Positions 50,591-63,662 are shown, numbered from the whole stretch's first letter. The stretch: 63,886 bases of DNA, filler included, from Octopus bimaculoides (GCF_001194135.2; 7 parts of 6 records of this genome joined end to end with filler, not necessarily neighbours in it); one strand, 5' to 3'. Program-made: numbers and translations. The notes: a model not told the origin generated them from the letters alone.

Positions 50591-50889
50591 ATCAAATCAG
50601 TTTACAAACATTAAAATCAATATTTGACAATTAAAAAAAAAAATTGTATAATAAGGTGCTAATGATTGACGGTGTTAATTATTTTTAATAAATTTACACT
50701 ACAAACTGTTTATTATGCTCCTTTCCCTCTTGTTGAATAAATGTTTAATGACTTTTAGCATATTTCAGTTGGTAGTGACCATACTGTAGTAGAAAATGGA
50801 TGGTAGATATCATACTATAGTAACACTCATGATTCTCTTAAAGTTCCGACCATCAGATGCTCTTGTTTGGTACGGTTTTAATCGGCTTT

Positions 50890-51240
50890 GGAAGAATGAA
50901 ATGAAAAACTGACTTCTGCGGAACTTGAACTCAGAGTGATAAGTGTCGGAACAAATACCGCAAAGCATCCGATCAGAAGGCCTTACTGTACCGACCGTCC
51001 GCCACGGATCAGTAATATTTTTTATCGACCCCTTAAGGATAAAAGGCAAAGTTAACCTCAACTGGATTTGAACTCAGAGCGTAGAGAGTAGGAAAAGAAT
51101 ACCGCAAGGTATCTCGTTCGACACTGTAACAGTCCACGTTACTCCGCCCTGGATTGATATTTTCCTTTTCATCGAGCCTGAAAAACAAAATAGTTGACCT
51201 TGGCAGAATATGAACACAGGGTTTGAACTCGAACACTGAA
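50890..51240 (-). mobile_element. Cluster of truncated family A SINE copies
   Basis: Repeated gaactcagag and gaaaaggcaaagtt(a/g)acc segments. Confidence 0.6.
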
Positions 51241-51725
51241 AGTAATTCTATTCAAAGCCTTGATAACTTTACCAAATTTCCGAGAATGCAAATGCCTTTT
51301 GTGAAATACAGCTCTAATTCAACACACCTTATGTCTTTAAATACTGCAAAGGCCAAACTTGTATCACAATGAACAGTTGATAAATTATGCATCTGCAACA
51401 GGAAGACATTGGTAACGTATTTACAGTAACACAATGCAATGAACAAAAGAACTTTCCCCAAACATGCTTTACTTATTAATTTTTATTTATTAATTTAGTG
51501 TCAATTTATCTATTATTCTTATGTATAAGGTTATATCCGCTCGATCTGCAAGAAATACCTACCAAATCTTCCTCCATACATGTCCTATTGTCTTAACAAA
51601 GAAGTGGAGCATTCGATAATGAATACATACAGACACATACATAGACATATGTGCATGTATGTATGTTTGTATGTGTATATATATATTTATATACAAACGC
51701 GCGCGCACACACACACACATACACG

Positions 51726-51819
<94 letters not shown>

Positions 51820-51860
51820 CATGAAAGGCATGTAAGCTGTGTTGTGAAATACACAAATTT

Positions 51861-51900
<40 letters not shown>

Positions 51901-51924
51901 TAATAATAATAATAATAGTAATAA

Positions 51925-52130
51925 TCCTTTCTACTATAGGCACAATACCTGGAATTTGTGGGTAAGGGGATAGTCGATCACATCGACCCCAGTATTTGAC
52001 TGGTACTTAATTTATCGACCCCGAAAAGATGAAAGGCAAAGTCGACCTCGGCAGAATTTAAATTCGGAACGTTAAGAAGGGCAAAATACCGCTAAGCTTT
52101 TTTTTCCCGGCGTGCTAACGGTTCTAACGG
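51925..52130 (-). mobile_element. Family A SINE with (AAT)n tail (51862-51922)
   Basis: Full reverse-complement copy abutting (aat)n. Confidence 0.8.
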
Positions 52131-53092
52131 TGATAATGATGATGATGATGATGATGAGGAGGAGGAGGATGGTGAGGATGAGGAGGATTTCTTTTATCTG
52201 CCACTGGGACATCATATGAGGAGGACATTACAAGAATAGTTTACAATTATTATTATTATTATTATTATTNNNNNNNNNNNNNNNNNNNNNNNNNNNNNNN
52301 NNNNNNNNNNNNNNNNNNNNNNNNNNNNNNNNNNNNNNNNNNNNNNNNNNNNNNNNNNNNNNNNNNNNNNNNNNNNNNNNNNNNNNNNNNNNNNNNNNNN
52401 NNNNNNNNNNNNNNNNNNNNNNNNNNNNNNNNNNNNNNNNNNNNNNNNNNNNNNNNNNNNNNNNNNNNNNNNNNNNNNNNNNNNNNNNNNNNNNNNNNNN
52501 NNNNNNNNNNNNNNNNNNNNNNNNNNNNNNNNNNNNNNNNNNNNNNNNNNNNNNNNNNNNNNNNNNNNNNNNNNNNNNNNNNNNNNNNNNNNNNNNNNNN
52601 NNNNNNNNNNNNNNNNNNNNNNNNNNNNNNNNNNNNNNNNNNNNNNNNNNNNNNNNNNNNNNNNNNNNNNNNNNNNNNNNNNNNNNNNNNNNNNNNNNNN
52701 NNNNNNNNNNNNNNNNNNNNNNNNNNNNNNNNNNNNNNNNNNNNNNNNNNNNNNNNNNNNNNNNNNNNNNNNNNNNNNNNNNNNNNNNNNNNNNNNNNNN
52801 NNNNNNNNNNNNNNNNNNNNNNNNNNNNNNNNNNNNNNNNNNNNNNNNNNNNNNNNNNNNNNNNNNNNNNNNNNNNNNNNNNNNNNNNNNNNNNNNNNNN
52901 NNNNNNNNNNNNNNNNNNNNNNNNNNNNNNNNNNNNNNNNNNNNNNNNNNNNNNNNNNNNNNNNNNNNNNNNNNNNNNNNNNNNNNNNNNNNNNNNNNNN
53001 NNNNNNNNNNNNNNNNNNNNNNNNNNNNNNNNNNNNNNNNNNNNNNNNNNNNNNNNNNNNNNNNNNNNNNNNNNNNNNNNNNNNNNNNNNNA

Positions 53093-53257
53093 TAGGCGCA
53101 GGAGTGGTTGTGTGGTAAGTAGCTTGCTTACCAACCACATGGTTCCGGGTTCAGTCCCATTGCGTGGCACCTTGGGCAACTGTCTTCTACTACAGCCTCG
53201 AGCCGACCAAAGCCTTGTCAGTGGACTTGGTAGAAGGAAACTGAAAGAAACCCATCG

Positions 53258-53303
<46 letters not shown>

Positions 53304-53492
53304 TGTATGTGTGTATATGTTTGTGTGTCTGTCATCACCCTCCAGCATCGCTTAACAATCGATGTTGTGCGTAACTTAGCGGTTCGGCAAAAGTGACCGA
53401 TAGAATAAGTGCTGGGCTTACAAAGAATAAGTCCTGGGGTCGATTTGCTCGGCTAAAGGCTGCAGTCACAATGACCGAAATAAGTAAAAGAG
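53093..53492 (+). mobile_element. Family B SINE, full length
   Basis: aggcgcaggagtggttgtgtggtaagtagc...caccttgggcaac...(tatg)n...gactgaaa-like tail. Confidence 0.85.
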
Positions 53493-54619
53493 TATGTATG
53501 TATGTACGTATGCATGTATGTATGTATGTGTCTGTGTGTGTGTAGATACATATACATACACATATATAGATGTATCCATATATACATTTATGCTTCTATG
53601 CATACTTCACACATATATACATACCTACCAGAAGGTACTCTCACCTTACTCGCATTTGTTAGATATTGCTTAGAGCTGTTTACCCAGTATAGAAAGGTAT
53701 TATGTAGCCTCCTCGTTTACTAGTATCTGTATATACATTTTCCTTTGTGTACACTACACAGTGTGATATTAGGAAGTGGATGGGGAAAAGGCAGAGCCAA
53801 AGAAGAGTGAAAACCACTTGACAGGAGCCAATCCATGCACTACTGGGTAATTTGGATATACAATTCTCACATAAATTATACACACAAAATATATTCAGAT
53901 GGATAATATGTATACTCTTTTACACTTTTACTTGTTTTAATCATTAGGTAGTTGTATCGAAGCTTATTGATAGATTATGTCCTCAACTTCGTTCCATAGT
54001 TCAGATTACTTTTTTATGTAAATGGGAAAAAACGTTAAACAACTCTCAAGTTAGAAAAGGTAACAAATCCGATTCCACTGCTTGGCATCTTTGTTGTCTT
54101 AAAAGTCAATATATGTGTCAGCATCACTTCCTCCAGTGCTTTCGAGCACATTGAGCAGCAAGTTGATGCACTGGCTTTTGTTGACTGTGGTTTTCTTTGC
54201 ATCCGGTCATGTGATATTGCGCTTTCACGTGTCGGTTATGAATGAATATTCTGTGGCGTGTAGATATTTATCTTCCTGTCTTCCATTTTCCCATCCGGTG
54301 GTGTGCATTTGAAAATTCATTTAGAATGGCGTTGTTCTAGCGGTCGGAGAATTTGACCTGCAAGATTTAATCTCCGTTCTGGTATGATATCGCTAAATGA
54401 ACGAAATTGTGTAGTCCAGCGTTTCTCAATTGCGGTTTGCCGGAAATCTAATGTTCTGCAAAAGGTTCCGAGGGGTTCCGCGAGAAAGAGTGAGATAAGC
54501 TAATGCTAATTTCATGATTGTAATGTTACTACTATACTTGCACAACATATTGTTCGTAGTTGTAATATAGACATCATCTTATCTAACCTATTATGTTATA
54601 AAATATAATATAACAACCG

Positions 54620-54660
<41 letters not shown>

Positions 54661-54833
54661 NNNNNNNNNNNNNNNNNNNNNNNNNNNNNNNNNNNNNNNN
54701 NNNNNNNNNNNNNNNNNNNNNNNNNNNNNNNNNNNNNNNNNNNNNNNNNNNNNNNNNNNNNNNNNNNNNNNNNNNNNNNNNNNNNNNNNNNNNNNNNNNN
54801 NNNNNNNNNNNNNNNNNNNNNNNNNNNNNNNNN

Positions 54834-54865
<32 letters not shown>

Positions 54866-54979
54866 ACATCCATATACATATATATACATATATATCAAAA
54901 TAAGCAACAACGATATCCAGAGGTAATGCAGTACGATCGTTTCATGCAACTCCATTTAATTGAACAATACAATCATTAT

Positions 54980-55011
<32 letters not shown>

Positions 55012-55084
55012 ACACATATATATGATATTTCCCACCTGAACTACGATGAAAAATATATGAGAAAGATATAGTATATATATTCTT

Positions 55085-55452
55085 TTATTCTTCTACTGGT
55101 TTCAGTCATTTGACTCCGGCCATGCTGGAGCGCCACCTTCAGTCGAACAAATTGTCACCAGGAGTTATTCTTTGTAAGCCTAGTATTTATTCTATCGGTC
55201 TTTAAGCCGAACCGCTAGATAACGGAGACATAAACACACCAACATCGCTTGTCAACCGATGGCGAGAAGACAAACACAGACACACAAATACATGCAGACA
55301 TACACAGGTACATACACACACATATATAATATATACGATGGGCTTCTTTCAGTTTCCGTCCACCAAATCCAATCACAAGGCTTTGGTTGGCCCGAGGCTA
55401 TGGTAGAAGATGCTTGCCCAAGTTATCACGCAGAGGGACTGAACCTGGAACC
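55085..55452 (-). mobile_element. Family B SINE
   Basis: tttcagtcatttgactccggccatgctggagc...gggcttctttcagtttccgtc...ttgcccaag. Confidence 0.8.
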
Positions 55453-56324
55453 ACACACACACACACATATATAATGTGTTTATATATATTCTGTATGTAT
55501 ATAAATATATATTCTGTATGTATATAAATATATANNNNNNNNNNNNNNNNNNNNNNNNNNNNNNNNNNNNNNNNNNNNNNNNNNNNNNNNNNNNNNNNNN
55601 NNNNNNNNNNNNNNNNNNNNNNNNNNNNNNNNNNNNNNNNNNNNNNNNNNNNNNNNNNNNNNNNNNNNNNNNNNNNNNNNNNNNNNNNNNNNNNNNNNNN
55701 NNNNNNNNNNNNNNNNNNNNNNNNNNNNNNNNNNNNNNNNNNNNNNNNNNNNNNNNNNNNNNNNNNNNNNNNNNNNNNNNNNNNNNNNNNNNNNNNNNNN
55801 NNNNNNNNNNNNNNNNNNNNNNNNNNNNNNNNNNNNNNNNNNNNNNNNNNNNNNNNNNNNNNNNNNNNNNNNNNNNNNNNNNNNNNNNNNNNNNNNNNNN
55901 NNNNNNNNNNNNNNNNNNNNNNNNNNNNNNNNNNNNNNNNNNNNNNNNNNNNNNNNNNNNNNNNNNNNNNNNNNNNNNNNNNNNNNNNNNNNNNNNNNNN
56001 NNNNNNNNNNNNNNNNNNNNNNNNNNNNNNNNNNNNNNNNNNNNNNNNNNNNNNNNNNNGTTTGAAAGTCATATGTCTGGAAGTGTGTCAGTAAAAGACT
56101 GGAGGAGACTAATATCGGTTTCCATGGAGATGACCTCAATATACATACACACACACGCACAAACACACACACACGCACACACACACATACACACACGCGC
56201 GCGAGTGTGTGTGTGTGTGTGTGTGTCATTTTGTACGAAACAGAAAGTGGGTCGACAATGTTTAACTGTGGGAAGGAGTGGCGGTCAAAGGTTAAGAAAT
56301 AGGAAACTGGAGCTGTCGGTATAC

Positions 56325-56365
<41 letters not shown>

Positions 56366-56789
56366 CAGTAGGAGGAGGAAGAAGTGGAGGAGGAAGTGGA
56401 AGGGGAAGTGAAGGAGGAAAACCTAGCAGAGCAAAAATTGGGTTAAAGTTGATTGTTTGCTGTTGATAAACTGGGAACAATTTTTCTTTTTAAGTTCCTT
56501 GTTTGGTGGGGAGGTTGTTGTTGTTGGTGGTGGTGGTAATGAGGGGACGTCAAGATTCGGAAGGGATGCGGTCACAATGGAAACATTCTTGAGGGGAAAT
56601 ACCACAGACAGACGGGCAAATAAACGCACTCATACAAGCATGCATACGTACAGACATGCTGACACACAAGAATAGACACAAAGAGACAGATAGACGGAAA
56701 GGTATGTATACATATACATATACATGTACATACACACACATAATCACACATACATATGTTTGTTGTTGAGGTGTCGTGTATATATCATC

Positions 56790-56796
56790 ATCGTCG

Positions 56797-56837
<41 letters not shown>

Positions 56838-56975
56838 GTCATCATCAATTAACGTTTGTTTTCCATGCTGGCATTGGTTGAACGATTTGACAGGAATTGG
56901 TTAGTCAGAAGACTACACTTGGCTTCACTCTCCGTTTTGGCATGGTTTTTTACGGCTGGATGCCCTTCCTAGAAT
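56790..56975 (-). mobile_element. RTE-type 3' tail with (GAT)n
   Basis: (cat)n-ttaacgtttgttttccatgctggcattggttgaacg...ggctggatgcccttcc. Confidence 0.65.
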
Positions 56976-57030
<55 letters not shown>

Positions 57031-57130
57031 NNNNNNNNNNNNNNNNNNNNNNNNNNNNNNNNNNNNNNNNNNNNTTAATTAATTAANNNNNNNNNNNNNN
57101 NNNNNNNNNNNNNNNNNNNNNNNNNNNNNN

Positions 57131-58768
57131 AATTTCAATTTTTGAAAAAATCAGCCCCTCTTTCTCACCTTTCAGAATAAAGATAGAAATAAAAAATGTA
57201 TTTACGCCTCCGATTCTCAAAATAATACCATCCACCTCACCAGCAAAATATCTGAGAACATTATTAATCCAGTCTTAATGAAATGTCAGAATTTAGTTGT
57301 ATCCAGGGATTTCTTGTTGGTCCGTCATTATGTGAGATAAGATTTAATTTTATTAAATAAACATGACAGTATGTCCGATGGCGAGCTGGCAGAAACGTTA
57401 GCGCGCTGGACGAAATGTTTAGCGGTATTTCGTCTGCCGCTACGTTTAGAGTTCAAATTCCGCCGAGGTCGACTTTGCATTTCATCCTTTCGGGGCCGAT
57501 AAATTAAGTACCAGTTACGCACTAGGGTCGATGTAATCGACTTAATCACTTTGTCTGTCCTTGTTTGTCCCCTCTATGTTTAGCCCCTTGTGGGCAATAA
57601 AGAAATAAGAAACGTTAGCACGCCGGGCGAAATGCTTAGCGGTATTTCGTCTGCCGCTACGTTCTGAGTTCAAATTCCGCCCTTGTCCATAAATGAAGCA
57701 CCAGTCGCTACAATGTAACATTTCACACTCTAACACATACTAACCACCCACCTCGTAAAATATTGGTTTCAAATTTATGGTACAAGGCCAGCAATTTCGG
57801 TGGAGGGGCAAAGTGGATTACATCGGACTCCCAGTGTTCAACTGGTACTTCTCTTATCGACTTTGAAAGAATGAAAGGCAAAATCGACCCCGACGGACGA
57901 AATGCCACTAAGCGTTTTGTTCGGCGTGCTAACGTTTCTGCCAGCTCACCGCCTCCCCTCATTAAAATATTAAAGAAATGTTATGTCCCTCCTCTTTATG
58001 TGAAGACAAAATAATATCTCCATTATAATTCTCCTTTCTTCGCCGAGGCGTTAGGTTATAAAGATTTAAGATCTTAGTCTTATGAAGCACAACTGTTTGT
58101 CCGTCCCATCATTTTTTCAATCCTCATCGGCACCCTGCTAAAAGAACACTGCTATAATGTATCCCGGATGTAAATGGAATTATGGTAGAAGACTAAGAAA
58201 CAAATCAATAAGGAAACCTTTGTCAATGGTAGCGAATCTTTTGCAATTGATCAGAAGACTAAGAATTCCCTAAGAGTCTGTTAAGATGTATCTATTGAGA
58301 AAATAATGGATCTTTAATTTTATGAATTCAGAGGCATGTAACGTATACTGAATATTTGTATTGGTTTTAAGGTTTAAAATTTGTCTTCTGGTTGATTTTC
58401 ACAGGTTTCGGCAGTATTTTTGAATATTTCCTGGGCTTTAAGTGTCCTCTGTAGGTTGTTTTATGCATCCAAGAATGCGCAAATGAAAGGGACGAGTTTA
58501 AAAACTTCCAAAAGATTGATGTCGGGCGGGTATGATTAATTCGAAAACCAGGAGCGGGGAGAAGGCAACATTAAAAAAAAGATTCTGAATCGTTTTCCGT
58601 ATTTTAGAAAAGCGTAGTTTAAAAAAAAAATTTAATAATTTTCTCAGATATTTTGCTGGTGAGGTGGATGGTATTATTTTGAGAATCGGAGGCGTAAATA
58701 CATTTTTTATTTCTATCTTTATTCTGAAAGGTGAGAAAGAGGGGCTGATTTTTTCAAAAATTGAAATT
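57131..58768. repeat. 137-bp near-perfect inverted repeat pair (57131-57267 / 58632-58768)
   Basis: One mismatch seen; the left arm begins immediately at a gap edge. Confidence 0.8.
57378..57957. mobile_element. Cluster of three family A SINE copies (two +, one -)
   Basis: ggcgagctggcagaaacgttagc at 57380; truncated copy at 57610; inverted copy 57762-57957. Confidence 0.8.
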
Positions 58769-58907
58769 TTAAATATTTATTTATTTCTGACGCGTAATGT
58801 CCATAACTTTTGTATCCTTTGATCGATATTGTCCAATGTGATCTTCATATTAGAAGACATCGAAGGTGTGTGATTTCGTTGCTATTTCTAGCAAGCTAAG
58901 TGAACTG

Positions 58908-59246
58908 GACTATCATCTCTTCGGCCCTATGAAAGAGGGTTAGAGGGGCAAAAATTATTCCAGTGACGAGGAAGTGAAAACTGTAGTGAAGAAGTGAATC
59001 AAAGAACAGTCAACAGGGATACATGCTCTCATTCAAAGGTGGAACATTGCTATTGAGAGAAACGGTGACTATGTTGAGAAGTAGGGATGTGATNNNNNNN
59101 NNNGCTATTGAGAGAAACGGTGACTATGTTGAGAAGTAGGGATGTGATCCACAGAGGACCAGCTTCATTTTGATGTATGATACATGTTCTTGTGTTGGTA
59201 ATTATACCTGTCCTAAACAAAATGGTATTACTTTTTGATACACCCT
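58908..59246 (+). mobile_element. Mariner 3' remnant with right TIR
   Basis: DYHLFGPMKEG..G..YSSDEEVK...LIQRWNIAIERNGDYVEK*; TIR ttactttttgatacaccctcg followed by TA. Confidence 0.85.
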
Positions 59247-59249
59247 CGT

Positions 59250-59486
59250 ATATATATATATATATGCATGTATGTATGTATTTGTGCGTCTGTGTTTGTC
59301 CCCCCCCCCATCATCGCTTGACAGCCAACGTTGGTGTGTTTGCGATCCCGTAACTTAGCGGTACGGCAAGAAAGACGAACAGAATAAGTACTAGGCTTAC
59401 AAAGAATAAATTCTGGGGGTCGATTTGTTTTGACTAAAGGCGGTGCTCCAGCATGGCCGCATTCAAATGACTGAAACAAGTAAAAC
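59250..59486 (+). mobile_element. Family B SINE 3' part
   Basis: gtttgtccccccc...cgtaacttagcgg...ccagcatggccgcattcaaatgactgaaacaagtaaa. Confidence 0.8.
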
Positions 59487-60173
59487 CTCTTGACAGTGTA
59501 TGAAGAGGTAATGGTGCTGCATAATGGAAATTTCCAGCGTGACATACTGATTAGTTTCACACAAATGAATCGACTTCATAATCGTTTCTGTTTCAACTTT
59601 CATTTCATGGACATTCACACGCACCTGTCACTGTGACCATGGTAACCTCCTACCTTGAATGCTCAATATATGCATGCATGTATGCATGTATATATGTATC
59701 CATTATGTCTTCTGTGTGCATACACACACACACAAATCAGCGGCGTCTTCTCTTCGTGAATGCACCGCATGCATCACGTATTTAAGAAGCGTAAATCATT
59801 GAAAATAACAAATCAGGTTTTAATATAAACTTTCATTTTTATGAGAGACAGCTGCAACGAAGGTAGGCTTATTTTAGATCGATTATATGGTTTGATTTTT
59901 AAAATTACGCGTTCCGGTTTAAGCATCAGGAGTTTCCGCTGCATGTATTTCAGTATGTATATACTTATGTGCACAAGGATGTGAGACTTAATCATATTCC
60001 ACTCGACGAAGCGCTCACACACGGCTGTTGCTGATCTATATAGTAATTATAAAGAATAATCTTGTATAATGGTATGTGAATATAAACTCAGCAACTTAAA
60101 GCTGGTGTACGGTGCAGAAACAAATGTTGTGATCTACTGTAAAAGCCTGGTATCCACCATCCTTGTATTTCTA

Positions 60174-60440
60174 TCTATATTTATATATAAAATCTTTTGT
60201 CTCTCTGTTTGTTCCCAATGCATTCCCAAACGGCTCAACCAAATCAAACAAAATTTTACATGGTAATACTGTCAGACCACGTGAATGTCAACATGCAATT
60301 TTTTTTGTCATTTGGATTAAAACAATGCAACATTGGCACTGTTTCGGTATTATGTGTCAAAAGTCAAAGAATAATGGTGAAAGAATAAGATCTATATTGG
60401 AATGTGATATATTCTTTCACTTTTATACTTTTACTTTTAA
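60174..60440 (+). mobile_element. Helitron/Helentron-like (DINE-1-type) 5' end
   Basis: A|TCTATATTTATATATAAAA...tgtctctctgtttgtt...gcattcccaaacggctcaacc...aaaattttaca. 3' CTRR end not identified. Confidence 0.55.
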
Positions 60441-60667
60441 TTCTAATCCCGACGCCGACAACAACGGCGTCACATTTTGTATATGACTGTGTATCTGTCT
60501 GTGGATGTATGTGTGTGAGTTTATGAGTGTGTAAATGCTTCACAGTGTGTGCGTGTCTTTCCGCGTTAGGTACATTATTAAACAAACTATATGTATGTGA
60601 GGGCAATACGAAATTTTATTTTCATTTCGATTAAAACAATATAACATTTCATACAGAGGATTTTATC

Positions 60668-61616
60668 AGTTTGGCTGCCAGAATTTCAAAAATTGAAGTT
60701 TACCGAAAATTTAAAAATTTTACAATAATACACTTGTCCAAATTGAATTGCTGGAGTTACTTCATTTTTTCCAGAAAAATGTTTTTAATAAGTTATAGAA
60801 GTATAAAGTTTGGCCATTTTCACTTAGTCAGGAAACAGGATTTGGAAGCTGTCATTTTGTGTGTGACTGCACGCTTTGGCGTCAACACCTTGAAAATAGC
60901 ATGTGTTATCAATATTGGTAAACAACACGTGTTATATCTCGGGTAATTTTCTTTCATGTAAATAAATGTTTATGTTAATTTAAAAGATTTATCAAAAAAA
61001 TCTTATTTAGCTGTTATTTTTAGCACACCTCACAACCACCTCAATGCTCAATGACAAAAAGAAACGAGTAAATAAAAATTTAAGCATTCAATATACATTT
61101 AATGCAAATGCGATAAACAACACGTTACATGCGATCGCCAGTACATGCTCCCACCATGCCTTTTCGTACACATACCTCTTTTTACATAGTTTTCTTTTGG
61201 GTATAACACCCTTTTCTTGAAGGTGCGACACAATATCCTCTTCGGTTTTCAATGTTTCCATAATCGAAGCGAAGTTACTAGAGCTTGTTGCTATAATCAT
61301 ACAGAACACAGTGTCAAATTTGTCAACACGTGCTTCCTCGCAGATAAAAGACTTTTTAAAGACTGTTGCTACAGTAACAGGCACGCAAACAAAAGAGTTC
61401 TCATGGTCCGCTTCTCACTATGGAAACAGGCATGAATGTATCTGTGGCTTACAATTGGCTAAAATTACCAAAATTTTCAAACTTAAATTACTAATAACTC
61501 TTTATTTATTGATTAATAGCGAAAATTACTTTCACGTCATTAATTAGCCTATAAAAGTGTGTCATTACACTGAATATGAAATAAATTCGAACAGAATTGA
61601 TGCTGGCAGCCAAACC
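60668..61616 (-). mobile_element. Non-autonomous Merlin-like element retaining the transposase N-terminus
   Basis: 13-bp inverted repeat gtttggctgccag (60669-81) / ctggcagccaaac (61603-15); minus strand METLKTEEDIVSHLQEKGVIPKRKLCKK resembles a Merlin N-terminus. No TSD found. Confidence 0.5.
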
Positions 61617-61793
61617 AACAAGATCTCATAGAGATAATCTTTCTATTGTCAATAGGACATTTTATACCACGACGACAACGACATCACATCTTGTATATTT
61701 ACTGTTCCATTACCAGTTAATGATTATCGCAGCAGTTGCAAGGTTGTAAGGTATTTACAATTACATATTTACCCTTACATTAAGAAATTTATC

Positions 61794-61827
<34 letters not shown>

Positions 61828-61950
61828 CTTTGTCTCTCTGTAATAATTATTGTGTAATTTACCGTTAAATTAGCAGTTCCATACATGTGCCAAGTTTATT
61901 AAGGAAAATAAAAGACCCAAGATTATTATGAGGTTTGTTTGTAATTTTGC

Positions 61951-61986
61951 AGGGATTGAAGAAATTGACCAAAATAGAACAGGTCT
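61951..61986 (+). CDS. Candidate terminal exon (GLKKLTKIEQV*)
   Basis: Strong acceptor tttgtttgtaattttgcag; phase 0 matches the 34016 donor. No AATAAA seen shortly downstream. Confidence 0.12.
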
Positions 61987-62687
61987 AATGTCATGTTTTT
62001 TTTAAAAAAATTGCATCAATTTTTCATTTCGTGTAACAACCATCAGATTCCTGGAGCAATCCCAAGAATCCTGGAGCAATGCTCACTCTATACAAACGAA
62101 GAGTTTGAGAGTGGAAAATACGTCAATATCCAATCATAAACTTTAAAATCTGCCGAATATTCTGAAGAAGTTATTTAAACGATCATCGTTAGTAACGTTA
62201 TACGCCAACAGTAAGTTACAGCCTGCCATATTGGAAAATGCATGAAAGTTTGATATTGCTCTGTCGGGTAAACGAACAGGTTCATTTCCTGATATAGACC
62301 CTGTATCATATGATCATATGATAACGGAAACTGCAGTTTGTATGTAATTCTTCATCGATTTCGGGCTTACTAAGGAAGATATGCGCAGGTTAGATCACAG
62401 GAAATAGCGCAAGGTTACCGCCAAAATTTGGTAAGAAACCGGCCCGACCAGATTGCCGGTGAAGACAAGGTAAATGGGTAGCCTGCGAAATGCTGATGTT
62501 TGTTCAGGTGTAAACTGGTCTCAATTCATTTGCATATTTTATTAGAAAATACACTGCTTCATTATTGATCATCTGTATCACCAACTGCAGTGTTAAAAGT
62601 GAACTTAAGCAGCGAGTTCATATTTTTGATCAGAAGTGTAGGCATGCGTGTATGTGTGTCTCTCTGTCTCTCACTGCACACACACAC

Positions 62688-62733
<46 letters not shown>

Positions 62734-62833
62734 NNNNNNNNNNNNNNNNNNNNNNNNNNNNNNNNNNNNNNNNNNNNTTAATTAATTAANNNNNNNNNNN
62801 NNNNNNNNNNNNNNNNNNNNNNNNNNNNNNNNN

Positions 62834-63165
62834 GTAGCTACCATCACTTATAAGACTTGCCAATTTTTCCGAGTAGTCAGACTGGTTCATCACCAATGTA
62901 GCATTTCCCTTGTCTGCTGGAAGTATTATGATGGAATTGTCACTCTGTAGTCTTTTGATAGCGAACTTTTCTTCCTTAGTGATGTTTGGTTTAGGAAGTT
63001 TTGCTTTTTCTAGTACCTGTCTCACTTTCCACCTTAGTTCATCTCCCTGAGCTTTTGGTATCTTTATGGCTATCTCTTCAATAGGGGCTATTATGTCCAA
63101 GTATGGAATACGCTTGATGGTTGTCGCAAAGTTGAAATCTTTGTTCAGTACTTTATTCAGTACTT
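62834..63165 (-). mobile_element. Penelope/Poseidon-like PLE, N-terminal RT-flanking region (inverted segment)
   Basis: VLNKDFNFATTIKRIP...NITKEEKFAIKRLQSDNSIIILPADKGNATLVMNQSDY; runs into an assembly gap. Confidence 0.85.
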
Positions 63166-63625
63166 TTCGGAGAGGCCTTTCACAAAAAGATATGAAAGAT
63201 ATGCGGCCATATGACATCAGGACAGTATTCAAAAGTAATACAACACTTTGCAAATATCTCCTTCGAGAAAAACCACCAATAGAAGAGAATGTGACCAAAG
63301 ACCGTGTGTACTCCATCTCATGCAGCTGTGGTAGGTTATACAAAGGCGAAACATATCGCCCCCTCAAAATAAGGGTAGACGAACATCGCAAAGTTGTGAC
63401 ACGGGGAGATATTGGTAAATCGGGTATAGCTTATCATGCATGGAAAAATGGAGACCACCTCCCCCAGTAAGATGGAGTTAAAATAATAGACAGAGAACAC
63501 CACTGGAAAATACGAAAGCTAAAAGAAGCAGCACATATACTAGGACACAGCAATCTCCTAAGCAGACCGAGTGCAGATATGAGCAACATATGGGAACCGG
63601 TATTAAGGAAGTATAGAAAAATATT
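63166..63625 (+). mobile_element. Penelope/Poseidon-like PLE, GIY-YIG C-terminus
   Basis: YDIRTVFKS...DRVYSISCSCGRLYKGETYRPLKIRVDEH...KSGIAYHAW...RKLKEAAHI; one in-frame stop at 63468-70. Confidence 0.85.
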
Positions 63626-63662
63626 AGATTTATAAGCCCTAAAATTCACTCCATAATTGCCC

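Noticed and set aside
53760-53850. VILGSGWG, resembling an NADH dehydrogenase Rossmann motif, after an acceptor-like site
   Set aside because: All three frames hit stops within 20 codons; probably chance.
59050-59147. 44-bp exact direct repeat either side of a 10-N gap
   Set aside because: Unmerged contig overlap inside the mariner remnant.
62350-62480. DFGLTKEDMRRLD peptide and a nearby open frame ending at aag|gtaaat
   Set aside because: Bounded by stops and lacking a polypyrimidine acceptor; could be decayed RTE or chance.
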